Source: Pontiella sp.
GTDB lineage: Bacteria > Verrucomicrobiota > Kiritimatiellia > Kiritimatiellales > Pontiellaceae
Reading direction: 5' to 3'
Assembly: GCA_050290185.1 (NCBI GenBank)
Contig: JBNKHE010000010.1
Location: forward strand, 32,001 to 96,000
Length of the DNA: 64,000 nt
Shown here: piece after piece, positions 45,877-55,778 of the stretch
Position numbering within the stretch: the first letter of the stretch is position 1
How the letters are laid out: every line of letters begins with the position of its first letter
Made by a program: the position numbers and the translations under genes
Notes under the pieces: generated by a model
Told to the model about the DNA's origin: nothing
Seen by the model: the letters and a program-made list of their open reading frames with translations, nothing else
Databases searched by the model: none

Positions 45877-47040
45877 ATGGCAAAGTCTGCGTATGACTAC
45901 GTGGAGGCCAGCAAGCTAGAGGACTATATTCGTAAGCATTACCGGAACCAGTTGAGCAATGGCGCATTGAGCTTCTATTTAACTGCGCTGCCTTATCTGG
46001 AGCGGAAGGGCCTCGGCCTGTGTGCACCCATCACGGCGACCTATCAGGATCTGGTTAAGGCGGGATTTCGGAGTAAATCCAACATAAAGACGGTCCTTAA
46101 CGCTTTGAATGGCGTGCTCTGCGAGGTTGTTATCGGGCTCCCGATTGCCGGGGAAAGCGGCAAGGAGGCCACGCGGATAAGGCGATACACACTGAAGGAG
46201 CTGAAGAACGGGGAAACCGCTCGTCGCCTTATCGACTATCGCCCAGCCGATGCGAGGATGTTGGCTGGACTTCTGGCGAGTCGATCATTCGTCTATGGCG
46301 ATGATGCTGCCTGTAGCCCCGCTTTCAATGTCTTGCTAACCGGTCGGGTCCAGTCATCGAGGCCGAATGTTCAGGGTGATCCAGAATCGGTGCGTATACG
46401 AAACCTCTGCGCTGGTCTGGAACCGGGACAGGTGTTGATTTCTGCCGACTACAAGGCAGCAGAGCCGACGCTGATTCAGCATGCCATGGACTTCCGGTTC
46501 GATGTGGCTGATCCGTACCAAAAAGCCGCTGACCTGCTTGGAATTGATCGAGACAGTGCAAAGCAGCAGGTCAATAGGTTGGCCTATAGTTCCGACAGTG
46601 TGGCGACGCTGTGGCGGTAGGAATGCCCGCAGGCGGAAGAACACTTCCTTCCATATGCGGAAGCCCTCACCGAGTATAAGGAAAAGCTTTTCGTGACAGG
46701 GAAACCTCGCACCGGGATGCGCCGGTTTGTCAGCACGTTGGCAGGTCGGAAGATCGACGCGCAGCGGGGCGATGCTCCACACCGGGGCAGGATTCTATCG
46801 TGGCAAATCCAGGGTACGGTGGCCGACATCCTCAACGCCGTATGCCTGAAGATCGTGGGTCTGGAAGCGGAAACAAGGTGGCGTCTGCTGTTACCGGTGC
46901 ACGACGCGGTGTATGTTGCGGGTATTCCCGAAGATGCCGATAAGATCCGGAAACTCATGGAGGCAGAAGCAAAGGCTCTGCGGCTGCCACTTAAGGTTAC
47001 GGTCGATACCTACCGGAAGGGGGACCATGTTCGCAAATAA
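45877..47040 (+). pseudogene. Minimal family-A DNA polymerase-like gene (387 codons) interrupted by one in-frame TAG at 46618..46620
   Basis: ORFs 45754..46620 and 46693..47040 are in the same frame. Motifs: TGRVQSSRPNVQ, ADYKAAEP (A), RDSAKQQVNRLAY (B), QIQGTVADI, LLPVHDAV (C). Confidence 0.8.
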
Positions 47041-47582
47041 GAACAGGCCAAACCGCCCTCTACTGTTCTTAGATACGAACCCTTATACCAGTCATAGGGA
47101 ATATTTCACCGTGTCTCCGTCTCCCTTCTCCCCGAATGCTATACGGGAGGCCCAGAAAGAGTCGGCCTGCGCCTTTTTCAGGTTGAGAGTAGGTTGGGTG
47201 CGTTTCGGGAGCCTCAGCGAGTATACGCCCTTGATATGCGCTTTTACGATCTTCGGTGCTATTCAGCTTAGTAAGTGCTAACCTTTTGGCTTAACGTGAC
47301 ATAAATACATTATGAGTGGGTTACTATGCTGCCCGGATATACAAGCGGGTGTTTTGGCTTCCTACCTTTTCATTAGGCCAAGAGTCGGTCGTGGAGTAGG
47401 TGCTAAGGGACTTTTAATCGATTTTTGGACGATTTCATTCACCTACGTTTTTTACGGATTATGGCGGTTCGTTAGTAAAAAATACTATCCATCCAGTTCA
47501 TATCTTGCCAAGGGTTCTGCTTGCTGAAAGACCTCTTCGGAACTACTTTTGACGCGAATATATCATCGAATGGATTTAAGGT

Positions 47583-50500
47583 ATGGGGATACGCGGAGAT
47601 AAGGGGCAGAGTAGCAACTTCCGTTTTTTGGAAGAACACGATGCTGTCTTTCTCCAATTGGTCACCACTGCCGAACAGGTTTTCTCCTCCGACCCCAATA
47701 CTACACTGATTAAACTCAGGCAACTGGGTGAGGCATTGGCCCAGAATATAGCTGCCCGTTGCGGTATCTCTTTTGATGAGCAGACCAGCCAGTCGGACCT
47801 TCTTTACAAACTGAACCGTGAAATCTCACTTGATCCGGAGATTCGCGAGCTGTTCCATACGCTCCGGATCGAAGGCAACAGGGCAACCCACCAATTCCAA
47901 ACCCGCCATGGGGAGGCCATGAATGGCCTCAAGATTGCCCGGACGCTGGCCATTTGGTTCCATCAATCCTTCGGTGCCAACGGAACGCATTTTAAGCCCG
48001 GTCCATTTTGTCCGCCGCAGGATCCTAGTATGCCTCTACGGGAACTGCGGGAACAGATCGAGCAACTCAAAGCCAAGCTCCATGACGCCAATCAGGAAAT
48101 CGAGTCCAGCCACGAACTGGCAGAGCTCGTTGCTCGCGAAAAGGCTGAGTACGAGACTCTTGCCGAAAAAATGGATGAGGATGCCCGTACCTACGAGGCA
48201 ATCGCTCTCGAGAACGAAGCAAAGTTGGCAACCATGCAAGCCGACTATGAGCAGAAACTCGTCGACATGCAGAAACAGTTGGATGCCCAGGCTGCCAAGA
48301 GAGTTTCCGAGAAAACCCATAAAGCGGCCAAGCATGTCGATTTGAACGAAGAGCTGACCCGCATCATCATTGACCAGCAGTTGATTGCTGCTGGATGGGA
48401 AGCCGACACGCAGGAGCTCACCTATGCCAAAGGTGCTCGCCCTGAGCCTCGGAAGAACAAGGCCATTGCCGAATGGCCCACCGTTGGACGCCAGTCTGCC
48501 GACTATGTACTGTTCGCGGGGATGACTCCGATCGCGGTCGTTGAGGCGAAACGGGAAAATACCGATGTGGCCGGAAAGATTCCTCAGGCTGAACGCTATT
48601 CCAGCGGATTCCCGCTTGCGGCCGATCATTACGCCGCATGGCGGCTTGCCGGTGAGCAGCAGGCATGGAGCGATGGGGAAGGCGGTACCTACAAAATTCC
48701 CTTTGTCTATTCATGCAATGGCCGCCCCTTTATCAAACAACTGTCGGAAAAATCAGGTACCTGGTTCAGGGATGTCCGCGCGCCTTCCAATCTGAAAAAA
48801 GTACTCAGCGATTTCCACTCACCGGAAGGTCTGCTGGATCAGCTTTCCCGCGACAAAGCGGCGGCCGAAGCCAAGCTAAGGCAGGAAGGCTTTGAATACC
48901 TCAAACTGCGCGACTATCAGGAAAAGGCGATCAACGCGGTTGAAAGCGCGTTGGAGAAGGATCAACGCGAATGCCTGTTGGCCATGGCCACCGGCACCGG
49001 CAAAACCCGCACCATCATCGGACTGATGTATCGCTTTCTTAAAGCCGAACGTTTTAAGCGGATCCTGTTCCTAGTGGATCGCAGCGCGTTGGGAGAGCAG
49101 GCGCAGGACGTGTTCGATGAAGCCCCGCTGGAACAAAACTCCCCGCTCTCCAAAATCTACAACATCGCCCAGCTTGGCGACATGGCCGCAGAAGCCGAAA
49201 CGCGCATTCAGGTCGCCACCGTGCAGGCTATGGTCAAACGGATCTTCATGTCGGACAACCCTCCCTCCATCGATACCTATGACTGCGTCATTGTCGACGA
49301 GGCCCACCGTGGCTATACCCTCGATCAGGAAATGACCGACAACGAAATCCAATTTCGGGATCAGGCGCAATATCTATCCAGCTATCGCCGGGTGCTTGAC
49401 TGGTTCGATGCGGTCAAAATCGGAATGACCGCGACTCCTGCCAGGCACACCTCCGAGATATTCGGCAAGCCGGTCTATACCTACACCTATCGCGAAGCCG
49501 TTGCTGACGACTGGCTCATCGACCACGAACCGCCCATCCGCTACCGCACCAGACTGGCGGAAGAGGGCATCCGGTTTGAAAAAGGCGAAAAGGTCGAGGT
49601 GGTGAACGTCAGATCCGGCGAGGTGGACGAAGCGGAACTGGAAGACGATCTCGACTTTGAAGTCGAAGCGTTCAATCGGCGTGTCATTACCAAGGATTTC
49701 AACCGGGTGATCTGCGAAGCGCTGGCGGAGGAGCTGGATCCCTTCAGCGATGAAAAGGTCATGATCTTCTGTGTAACCGACCTGCATGCCGATATGGTCA
49801 AAACAGAGCTGGATAGGCAATTTGCAGCACTCTACGGCGATGACTACAACCAGAACGCGGTGCGCAAGATTACCGGAAAGAGCGATCAGGTTGACAAACT
49901 GATCCGGCACTACAAGAACGAGCGCAATCCTGTCATCGCCATTACCGTCGATCTCCTCACCACCGGAATCGATGTGCCCAGCATCTGCCATCTCGTATTC
50001 CTGCGCCGTGTCCGTTCCCGCATTCTCTATGAACAGATGGTCGGGCGCGCCACCCGCCGGTGCGACAAAATCGGAAAAACCGAATTTAAGATTTACGACC
50101 CGGTAGATCTCTATGCCGCGCTCGACGAAGTCTCCACCATGAAGCCCCTGGTGAAGAACCCGAACATTCCATTGGAACAGTTGGTCGATGAACTGCTTCA
50201 GCCCGAACATCACGCCTTGGCCGATAATCGCGAAAGGAGCCATGCCGACGAAGTGCTCGACGCCATCAATCAGAAGGTGATGCGGATTCTACGAAAGGCC
50301 CGCAAAAAGGCGGAACGCGACGGACGGGTGCGCGATAAACTCGACGAGTTGGAGGATCTATGGGGCGTTGAACCCTCAACACTGCACAGGCACTTCCATG
50401 AAATCGGACCGGAAAAGGCGGCGGAGTTTCTGACAACCCATTCCGGGTTTATCCAACAGATGGAAGATGTGAAAGTGTTGGTCGGCTCGGATAACAATCC

Positions 50501-51065
50501 CGTTATTTCCTACCACGAAGACGAACTGATTGGCCGCGAACAAAACTATGGCGTGCATCAGCGCCCTGGCGACTATCTTCAGGAGTTCGCGGAATTTGTG
50601 AAAGGCCACGTCAACGACAACGCCGCACTCTCCGCCGTTGTCAACCGCCCGAAGGATCTCACGCGCGAGCAACTCAAAGAGGTGAAACTCTATCTCGACC
50701 AGAACGGCTTCTCCGAAGCCAACCTGAAAAGCGCATGGCGCGGCCAGACCAACCAGGAAATCGCCGCCAGCATCATTGGCTATATTCGTCAGGCCGCCCT
50801 CGGCGAAGCGCTCATTCCCTTCGACCGGCGGGTTGAGATGGCCATGGGGAAGATATACAAAATGCGGAGCTGGACCACCATCCAGCGCAAATGGCTCGAC
50901 CGCCTCGCCAAGCAGCTGTGCCATGAAGTGGTGATCGACCAGCAGGCCGTGAATGAAATCTTTGCTAACGACGGCGGGGCAAACCGGCTGAACACCATCC
51001 TGCATAAACAGCTTGAATCCGTTCTCGAAACCCTCGCCGAATCGCTTTGGAATGAGGCCGTATAG
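47583..51065 (+). CDS. hsdR: Type I restriction endonuclease subunit R, EcoKI-like
   Basis: ADYVLF...VVEAKR nuclease motif, MATGTGKT, IVDEAHRG, MTATP, LLTTGID, QMVGRATR. Confidence 0.95.
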   Translation: MGIRGDKGQSSNFRFLEEHDAVFLQLVTTAEQVFSSDPNTTLIKLRQLGEALAQNIAARCGISFDEQTSQSDLLYKLNREISLDPEIRELFHTLRIEGNRATHQFQTRHGEAMNGLKIARTLAIWFHQSFGANGTHFKPGPFCPPQDPSMPLRELREQIEQLKAKLHDANQEIESSHELAELVAREKAEYETLAEKMDEDARTYEAIALENEAKLATMQADYEQKLVDMQKQLDAQAAKRVSEKTHKAAKHVDLNEELTRIIIDQQLIAAGWEADTQELTYAKGARPEPRKNKAIAEWPTVGRQSADYVLFAGMTPIAVVEAKRENTDVAGKIPQAERYSSGFPLAADHYAAWRLAGEQQAWSDGEGGTYKIPFVYSCNGRPFIKQLSEKSGTWFRDVRAPSNLKKVLSDFHSPEGLLDQLSRDKAAAEAKLRQEGFEYLKLRDYQEKAINAVESALEKDQRECLLAMATGTGKTRTIIGLMYRFLKAERFKRILFLVDRSALGEQAQDVFDEAPLEQNSPLSKIYNIAQLGDMAAEAETRIQVATVQAMVKRIFMSDNPPSIDTYDCVIVDEAHRGYTLDQEMTDNEIQFRDQAQYLSSYRRVLDWFDAVKIGMTATPARHTSEIFGKPVYTYTYREAVADDWLIDHEPPIRYRTRLAEEGIRFEKGEKVEVVNVRSGEVDEAELEDDLDFEVEAFNRRVITKDFNRVICEALAEELDPFSDEKVMIFCVTDLHADMVKTELDRQFAALYGDDYNQNAVRKITGKSDQVDKLIRHYKNERNPVIAITVDLLTTGIDVPSICHLVFLRRVRSRILYEQMVGRATRRCDKIGKTEFKIYDPVDLYAALDEVSTMKPLVKNPNIPLEQLVDELLQPEHHALADNRERSHADEVLDAINQKVMRILRKARKKAERDGRVRDKLDELEDLWGVEPSTLHRHFHEIGPEKAAEFLTTHSGFIQQMEDVKVLVGSDNNPVISYHEDELIGREQNYGVHQRPGDYLQEFAEFVKGHVNDNAALSAVVNRPKDLTREQLKEVKLYLDQNGFSEANLKSAWRGQTNQEIAASIIGYIRQAALGEALIPFDRRVEMAMGKIYKMRSWTTIQRKWLDRLAKQLCHEVVIDQQAVNEIFANDGGANRLNTILHKQLESVLETLAESLWNEAV

Positions 51066-51144
51066 TTTATTATAGTGAGCTCAATCCATATGTTGGTGGA
51101 GATCTTTCGCTGTATGCGGCGAGCCTATGAATAGGAGATGTTAA

Positions 51145-52263
51145 ATGACTGCAGTAAAGTACCATATAGGGAAGTTTCCGCCTCAAGTACTGAATCTGGA
51201 ACGACTTCTCCCCCTTATTGGTCCGGCCAGTTCCGCTGTAGCCCGTTATGACGGCGTGCTTTCCGCCATCCCCAATGCTTCGGTTCTATTGAGCCCTTTA
51301 ACCACGCAGGAAGCCGTACTTTCATCCAAAATCGAAGGCACGCAGGCGACCATGGGTGAGGTACTCGAATTTGAGGCCGAAGGTGGCCGAAAAAAAGTCC
51401 CGGAAGAGAAGCGCGAGGACATTCATGAAGTGCTGAATTACCGTAAGGCCATGCGTCACGCGGAAAAGCGATTGCAGGAACTGCCGCTTTGCCAGCGGGT
51501 CCTCAAGGAGGTCCATCGGATCCTGTTGGACGGAGTGAGAGGCCAGGGTAAGTCGCCGGGAGAATACCGGAGGATTCCAAACTGGATCGGCCCCTACGGC
51601 TGCTCCATGGAGGACGCACGCTTTATCCCGATCCCCGCTGGTGAACTGGATGAGGCGATGGGGAAATGGGACATATACATTAATGCGTCTGCTCCGGACC
51701 GCTTGCTCCAGCTCGCAATTCTTCATGCGGAATTCGAGTCGCTGCACCCTTTTCTAGACGGTAATGGTCGTCTTGGCCGAATGTGTATTCCGCTCTTCAT
51801 GCATCAGGTCGGATTGATTCAGCGTCCGATGTTCTACATCAGTGCCTATTTTGAAGCCAACAGGGATGAATATTATGATCGGTTGCTGGCCATATCCCAA
51901 GCAGACGATTGGACCGGATGGTGCATGTTTTTCCTTCAGGCGGTCCGTATTCAGGCAGAACAAAACCTTAAAAAAGCCAATGCGGTACTGGATCTCTACA
52001 ACCGGATGAAGCTGAAAATCGCGGATATTTCACATTCCCAGTTTTCGATTCATGCGCTGGAGTGGATTTTTGAACAGCCCATTTTCAACAGCACCGATTT
52101 CATTAAGGCCTCGGGGATCCCCAAGCCCACCGCCACCCGGATTTTGCGTGTTTTGAGGGAAGAGAGCATTCTTCAGGTCTGGCAGGAGTCCCGCGGTAGC
52201 AAACCGGCGGTATACGGATATGCTGATTTGCTGAACGTGGCGGAGGGGTATCAGGCGTTCTAA
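51145..52263 (+). CDS. Fic-family protein with C-terminal HTH
   Basis: HPFLDGNGRLGR canonical Fic motif; SSKIEG inhibitory-helix-like motif. Confidence 0.92.
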   Translation: MTAVKYHIGKFPPQVLNLERLLPLIGPASSAVARYDGVLSAIPNASVLLSPLTTQEAVLSSKIEGTQATMGEVLEFEAEGGRKKVPEEKREDIHEVLNYRKAMRHAEKRLQELPLCQRVLKEVHRILLDGVRGQGKSPGEYRRIPNWIGPYGCSMEDARFIPIPAGELDEAMGKWDIYINASAPDRLLQLAILHAEFESLHPFLDGNGRLGRMCIPLFMHQVGLIQRPMFYISAYFEANRDEYYDRLLAISQADDWTGWCMFFLQAVRIQAEQNLKKANAVLDLYNRMKLKIADISHSQFSIHALEWIFEQPIFNSTDFIKASGIPKPTATRILRVLREESILQVWQESRGSKPAVYGYADLLNVAEGYQAF

Positions 52264-52333
52264 TGGGTACAAGATATAGTGTCAGGCATCGTCTGAACTA
52301 CATAAAAACCGCTTCTTATGGTGGTTTTAACGG

Positions 52334-52428
52334 TTGTGGCTCACGGATGATTCACAAACTAATTTGTGGATCAAAAAAGCTAAAAAATGATTCGCAATCG
52401 AATTTGTGGCTCACGGATGATTCACAAA
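52334..52428. repeat. 25-bp direct repeat with internal dyad
   Basis: TTGTGGCTCACGGATGATTCACAAA at 52334..52358 and 52404..52428, with a degenerate third unit between them. Confidence 0.75.
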
Positions 52429-52642
52429 TTACCCGTCCGTTTGCTTGCATACACTCCTGCAATCAAAACTGGAATAATCATAAATATCTTGTATTCAGTA
52501 TGTTATGCGCTAAGTTGCTTGCATCTGAGTGTAGTTTATTCGGCAAGTGCACAAAGCGGGATTTCCTTCCCTCTGAGGTTACCTCTTCGCTGCTGTCGCT
52601 TCGTGTCTCTGTGCCCTCTATGGTGAAAATTTCTGTTTCCCC

Positions 52643-52703
52643 AAACTTCAAACCTCAAACTTCAACCCGTTTTCTTAAAACCTAACACCTAAAACTTAAA
52701 ACC
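52643..52703 (+). repeat. Degenerate 7-nt tandem repeats just upstream of hsdM
   Basis: AAACTTC AAACCTC AAACTTC, then TAAAACC TAACACC TAAAACT TAAAACC. Confidence 0.6.
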
Positions 52704-52713
52704 GGATTTTCCT

Positions 52714-54357
52714 ATGACCAAAAACGACATTGTCCAAAAGCTCTGGAACCTGTGCGACATCCTGCGCGATGACGGCATCAACTATTCCCACTATGTCACC
52801 GAGCTAGTCCTGCTGCTCTTCATGAAAATGGAGAACGAACAGGTGCTCAACCTCAACAACTTTGACCATCGTCTACCCGAAGGGTGCCGTTGGGCCGATC
52901 TCAAGAAAAAGAGTGGCCTTAACCTGCTCAACGACTATAAGCGCATTCTGCTGACGCTCTCCACCGGCAAGGATGCCGACGGCAACACCGTCGTCACCGA
53001 TCCGCTGATCCTTGCCATCTACAACGATGCCCAGACCAGCCTGCGCGAACCGCGCCACCTCGAACAGCTCATCAAGAGCCTGGATCAGATCGACTGGTTT
53101 TCCGCCCAGCAGGATGGGCTCGGCGATCTCTACGAAGGGTTGCTGGAAAAGAATGCCAACGAAACCAAGTCCGGTGCCGGACAATATTTCACACCCCGCC
53201 CGCTGATCGATTCCATCATCCGCTGCATCAAACCGCAGGCGGGCGAAACCATCCAGGACCCCGCCGCCGGAACGGCGGGCTTCCTGATTGCCGCCGACCG
53301 CTTCATCAAGGACCAGACCGACGACCTTTACGATTTGCCGCCGAAGGAACAGAAACGCCAGCGCAAGGAGTGCTACATCGGCATCGAGCTGGTGCCCGAC
53401 ACGCGCCGTCTGGCGCTCATGAACTGTCTGCTTCACGGCATGGAAGGCGATGACGAGGGCGTAGTGCATCTGGGTAATGCGTTGGGGCAGGCGGGGGAGG
53501 GACTGAAGCCGAGCACCATTATTCTCAGCAATCCTCCCTTTGGAACCGCCAAAGGCGGCGGACGGCCCACGCGCGCCTTTACCCACGCCACCTCCAATAA
53601 GCAGCTTAACTTTCTGCAGCATATCTACAATGGTCTCAAGCCCGGCGGACGCGCCGCCGTCGTCCTGCCCGACAACGTATTGTTTGAAGCGGGCGTCGGC
53701 ACCGACGTGCGCCGCGACCTGATGGATAAATGCAACCTGCACACCATCCTGCGCCTGCCCACCGGCATCTTCTATGCCCAGGGTGTTAAAACCAACGTCC
53801 TCTTCTTTACCAAAGGCACGAAAAAGAATCCCGATCAGGACGAGGGCTGCACCAACAACGTCTGGGTCTACGACCTGCGCACCAACATGCCCAGCTTCGG
53901 CAAACGCACGCCGTTTGGCGACGCCCATCTCGAACCCTTTGAAAATGTCTATGGCAAAAACGCCGACGGCACCTCCAAGCGCACCGAAGGCGATTGGTCA
54001 TTCACTTCGGATGTTAAACACAATGACACGAAGGACTCGAAGCTTAGTGATCTTAGTGTCTTGAGCGAAGCGGGTGTTGATTTGGATTCGTCCCGCTGGC
54101 GCTGTTTTTCCAGGGATTGGATCCGCGATACCAAGGGCGACTCCCTCGATATTTCCTGGATCAAGGATAGCGACAGCGTAGACGCCGCCAGTCTGCCCGA
54201 TCCCGACACCCTCGCCGCCGAAGCCATGGGCGAACTAACCGAAGCCCTGCGCGAACTCGACGGACTCATGGCAGCCCTCGGCTGCGCCAATGAAGCCGAC
54301 GCCCAGAAAACCATGTTGGCCGAAGTGCTTGGATTGTCTGACGAGGGCGTGGAATGA
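52714..54357 (+). CDS. hsdM: Type I RM N6-adenine methyltransferase subunit M
   Basis: GAGQYFTPR, DPAAGTAGFL, SNPPF, LRLPTGIFYAQGVKTN. Confidence 0.95.
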   Translation: MTKNDIVQKLWNLCDILRDDGINYSHYVTELVLLLFMKMENEQVLNLNNFDHRLPEGCRWADLKKKSGLNLLNDYKRILLTLSTGKDADGNTVVTDPLILAIYNDAQTSLREPRHLEQLIKSLDQIDWFSAQQDGLGDLYEGLLEKNANETKSGAGQYFTPRPLIDSIIRCIKPQAGETIQDPAAGTAGFLIAADRFIKDQTDDLYDLPPKEQKRQRKECYIGIELVPDTRRLALMNCLLHGMEGDDEGVVHLGNALGQAGEGLKPSTIILSNPPFGTAKGGGRPTRAFTHATSNKQLNFLQHIYNGLKPGGRAAVVLPDNVLFEAGVGTDVRRDLMDKCNLHTILRLPTGIFYAQGVKTNVLFFTKGTKKNPDQDEGCTNNVWVYDLRTNMPSFGKRTPFGDAHLEPFENVYGKNADGTSKRTEGDWSFTSDVKHNDTKDSKLSDLSVLSEAGVDLDSSRWRCFSRDWIRDTKGDSLDISWIKDSDSVDAASLPDPDTLAAEAMGELTEALRELDGLMAALGCANEADAQKTMLAEVLGLSDEGVE

Positions 54358-55754
54358 GTGAAATCTGTATTCCAGATGAATGGATTTTTTGTGCAGTCGG
54401 CGAGCTGGGTGAGATTGTAACAGGGAAAACCCCAAGTACAAAAGACAAGGCAAACTTTGGGGGCGAAATACCGTTTCTAAAGCCAGGCGATCTGGATGCA
54501 GGAGGTAACATAGCCTCTACTCAGGATACTTTGAGTGAAAAGGGTTTAGCGTTGGTGCCGTCATTGCCCAAACATTCGATAGCAGTAACATGTATTGGAA
54601 ATTTAGGGAAAGTAGGCATTACGACAAGAGAATCAGCCTCCAATCAGCAGATTAATTCTATTCTTCCTAGTCCGCATGTTAGCCACAAATTCTTGTATCA
54701 CTATATGACTTCAATGAAGTGGTGGCTAGAGCAAGAAGCCTCAGCAACCACCGTTGCTATAATCAATAAAGGAAAGTTCTCAAAAGCACCTGTAAAATTA
54801 CCTCCCCTCGCAGAGCAGAAAGAGATTGCGGCGCGGCTGGATGATTTACTGGCGCAGGTGGCCTCCATCAAAACCCGCCTCGACGGCCTCCCCGCCATCC
54901 TAAAACGCTTCCGCCAATCCACCCTCGCCGCCGCCGTCTCCGGAAAACTCACTGAGGAGTGGAGGGGAACTCCGGCAATAGAAACAAATCAATCTCCTGT
55001 AACTATTGGGCAGGAAAATAATCAAACTCCCAAAGGTTGGGACTGGAAGAAGCTTTTGGATTTGGCGGACCTTGAATCTGGACATACGCCTAGAAAGTCA
55101 GTCTCTGAATACTGGGAGGGTGGTGACGTATATTGGATCTGTCTTCAGGATATTCGTGCTGCTCATGGTACGACGATTGTCGACACGAAGCATAAACCGA
55201 CCATGCTGGGGATTGAAAACTCAAGTGCCCGCTTATTGCCTAAAGGAACGGTCTGTTTCTCTCGCGATATTTCCGTTGGTTTTACGACGATTATGGGTCA
55301 CGAGATGTCAACTACGCAACATTTTGCGAACTGGATTTGTGGAGAAGAGCTTTTCAATGAGTATCTTATGCTCGCACTTATGGCAGCCAAAGATCATCTG
55401 ACGATTTCTGGGCAGGGGACGACTGTTAAGACCATATACATGCCTGCATTAAAAGAGTTCAGGTTGCTCACCCCTCCGGAAAAAGAACAAACTGAAATCG
55501 TCCGACGGGTGGAAGAACTGTTTGCGTTTGCGGATCAGGTAGAACAGCGGGTGAAGGATGCGCAGGCGCACGTCAACCATCTGACGCAATCCATCCTCGC
55601 CAAAGCCTTCCGCGGCGAACTCACCGCCGACTGGCGCGCCGCCCATACCGACCTCATCACCGGCGAAAACTCCGCTGCAGCCCTCCTAGAACGCATCAAA
55701 TCCGAACGCGCCAAGCTGAACCCGAAAAAACGAACGCTAAAATCTAAATATTAG
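54354..55754 (+). CDS. hsdS: Type I RM specificity subunit S
   Basis: Two AT-richer TRDs separated by conserved helices: LPPLAEQKEIA...AVSGKLT and PPEKEQTEIV...SILAKAFRGELT. Confidence 0.93.
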   Translation: MSEICIPDEWIFCAVGELGEIVTGKTPSTKDKANFGGEIPFLKPGDLDAGGNIASTQDTLSEKGLALVPSLPKHSIAVTCIGNLGKVGITTRESASNQQINSILPSPHVSHKFLYHYMTSMKWWLEQEASATTVAIINKGKFSKAPVKLPPLAEQKEIAARLDDLLAQVASIKTRLDGLPAILKRFRQSTLAAAVSGKLTEEWRGTPAIETNQSPVTIGQENNQTPKGWDWKKLLDLADLESGHTPRKSVSEYWEGGDVYWICLQDIRAAHGTTIVDTKHKPTMLGIENSSARLLPKGTVCFSRDISVGFTTIMGHEMSTTQHFANWICGEELFNEYLMLALMAAKDHLTISGQGTTVKTIYMPALKEFRLLTPPEKEQTEIVRRVEELFAFADQVEQRVKDAQAHVNHLTQSILAKAFRGELTADWRAAHTDLITGENSAAALLERIKSERAKLNPKKRTLKSKY

Positions 55755-55778
55755 GCTGAGTAGAAAGGAATTATCGTT

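Noticed and set aside
46618..46620. Genome-wide amber recoding or pyrrolysine
   Set aside because: TAG ends several complete genes here (6104, 21559, 37106, 51065), and no pyl genes are visible.
42139..47500. Prophage or conjugative element
   Set aside because: No structural, terminase, lysis, relaxase or T4SS genes in the window.
52263..52685. 140-aa and 79-aa ORFs between fic and hsdM, or a CRISPR-like array there
   Set aside because: The translations come from repeats and low-complexity DNA, and there are only two exact repeats with a repeat-like spacer.
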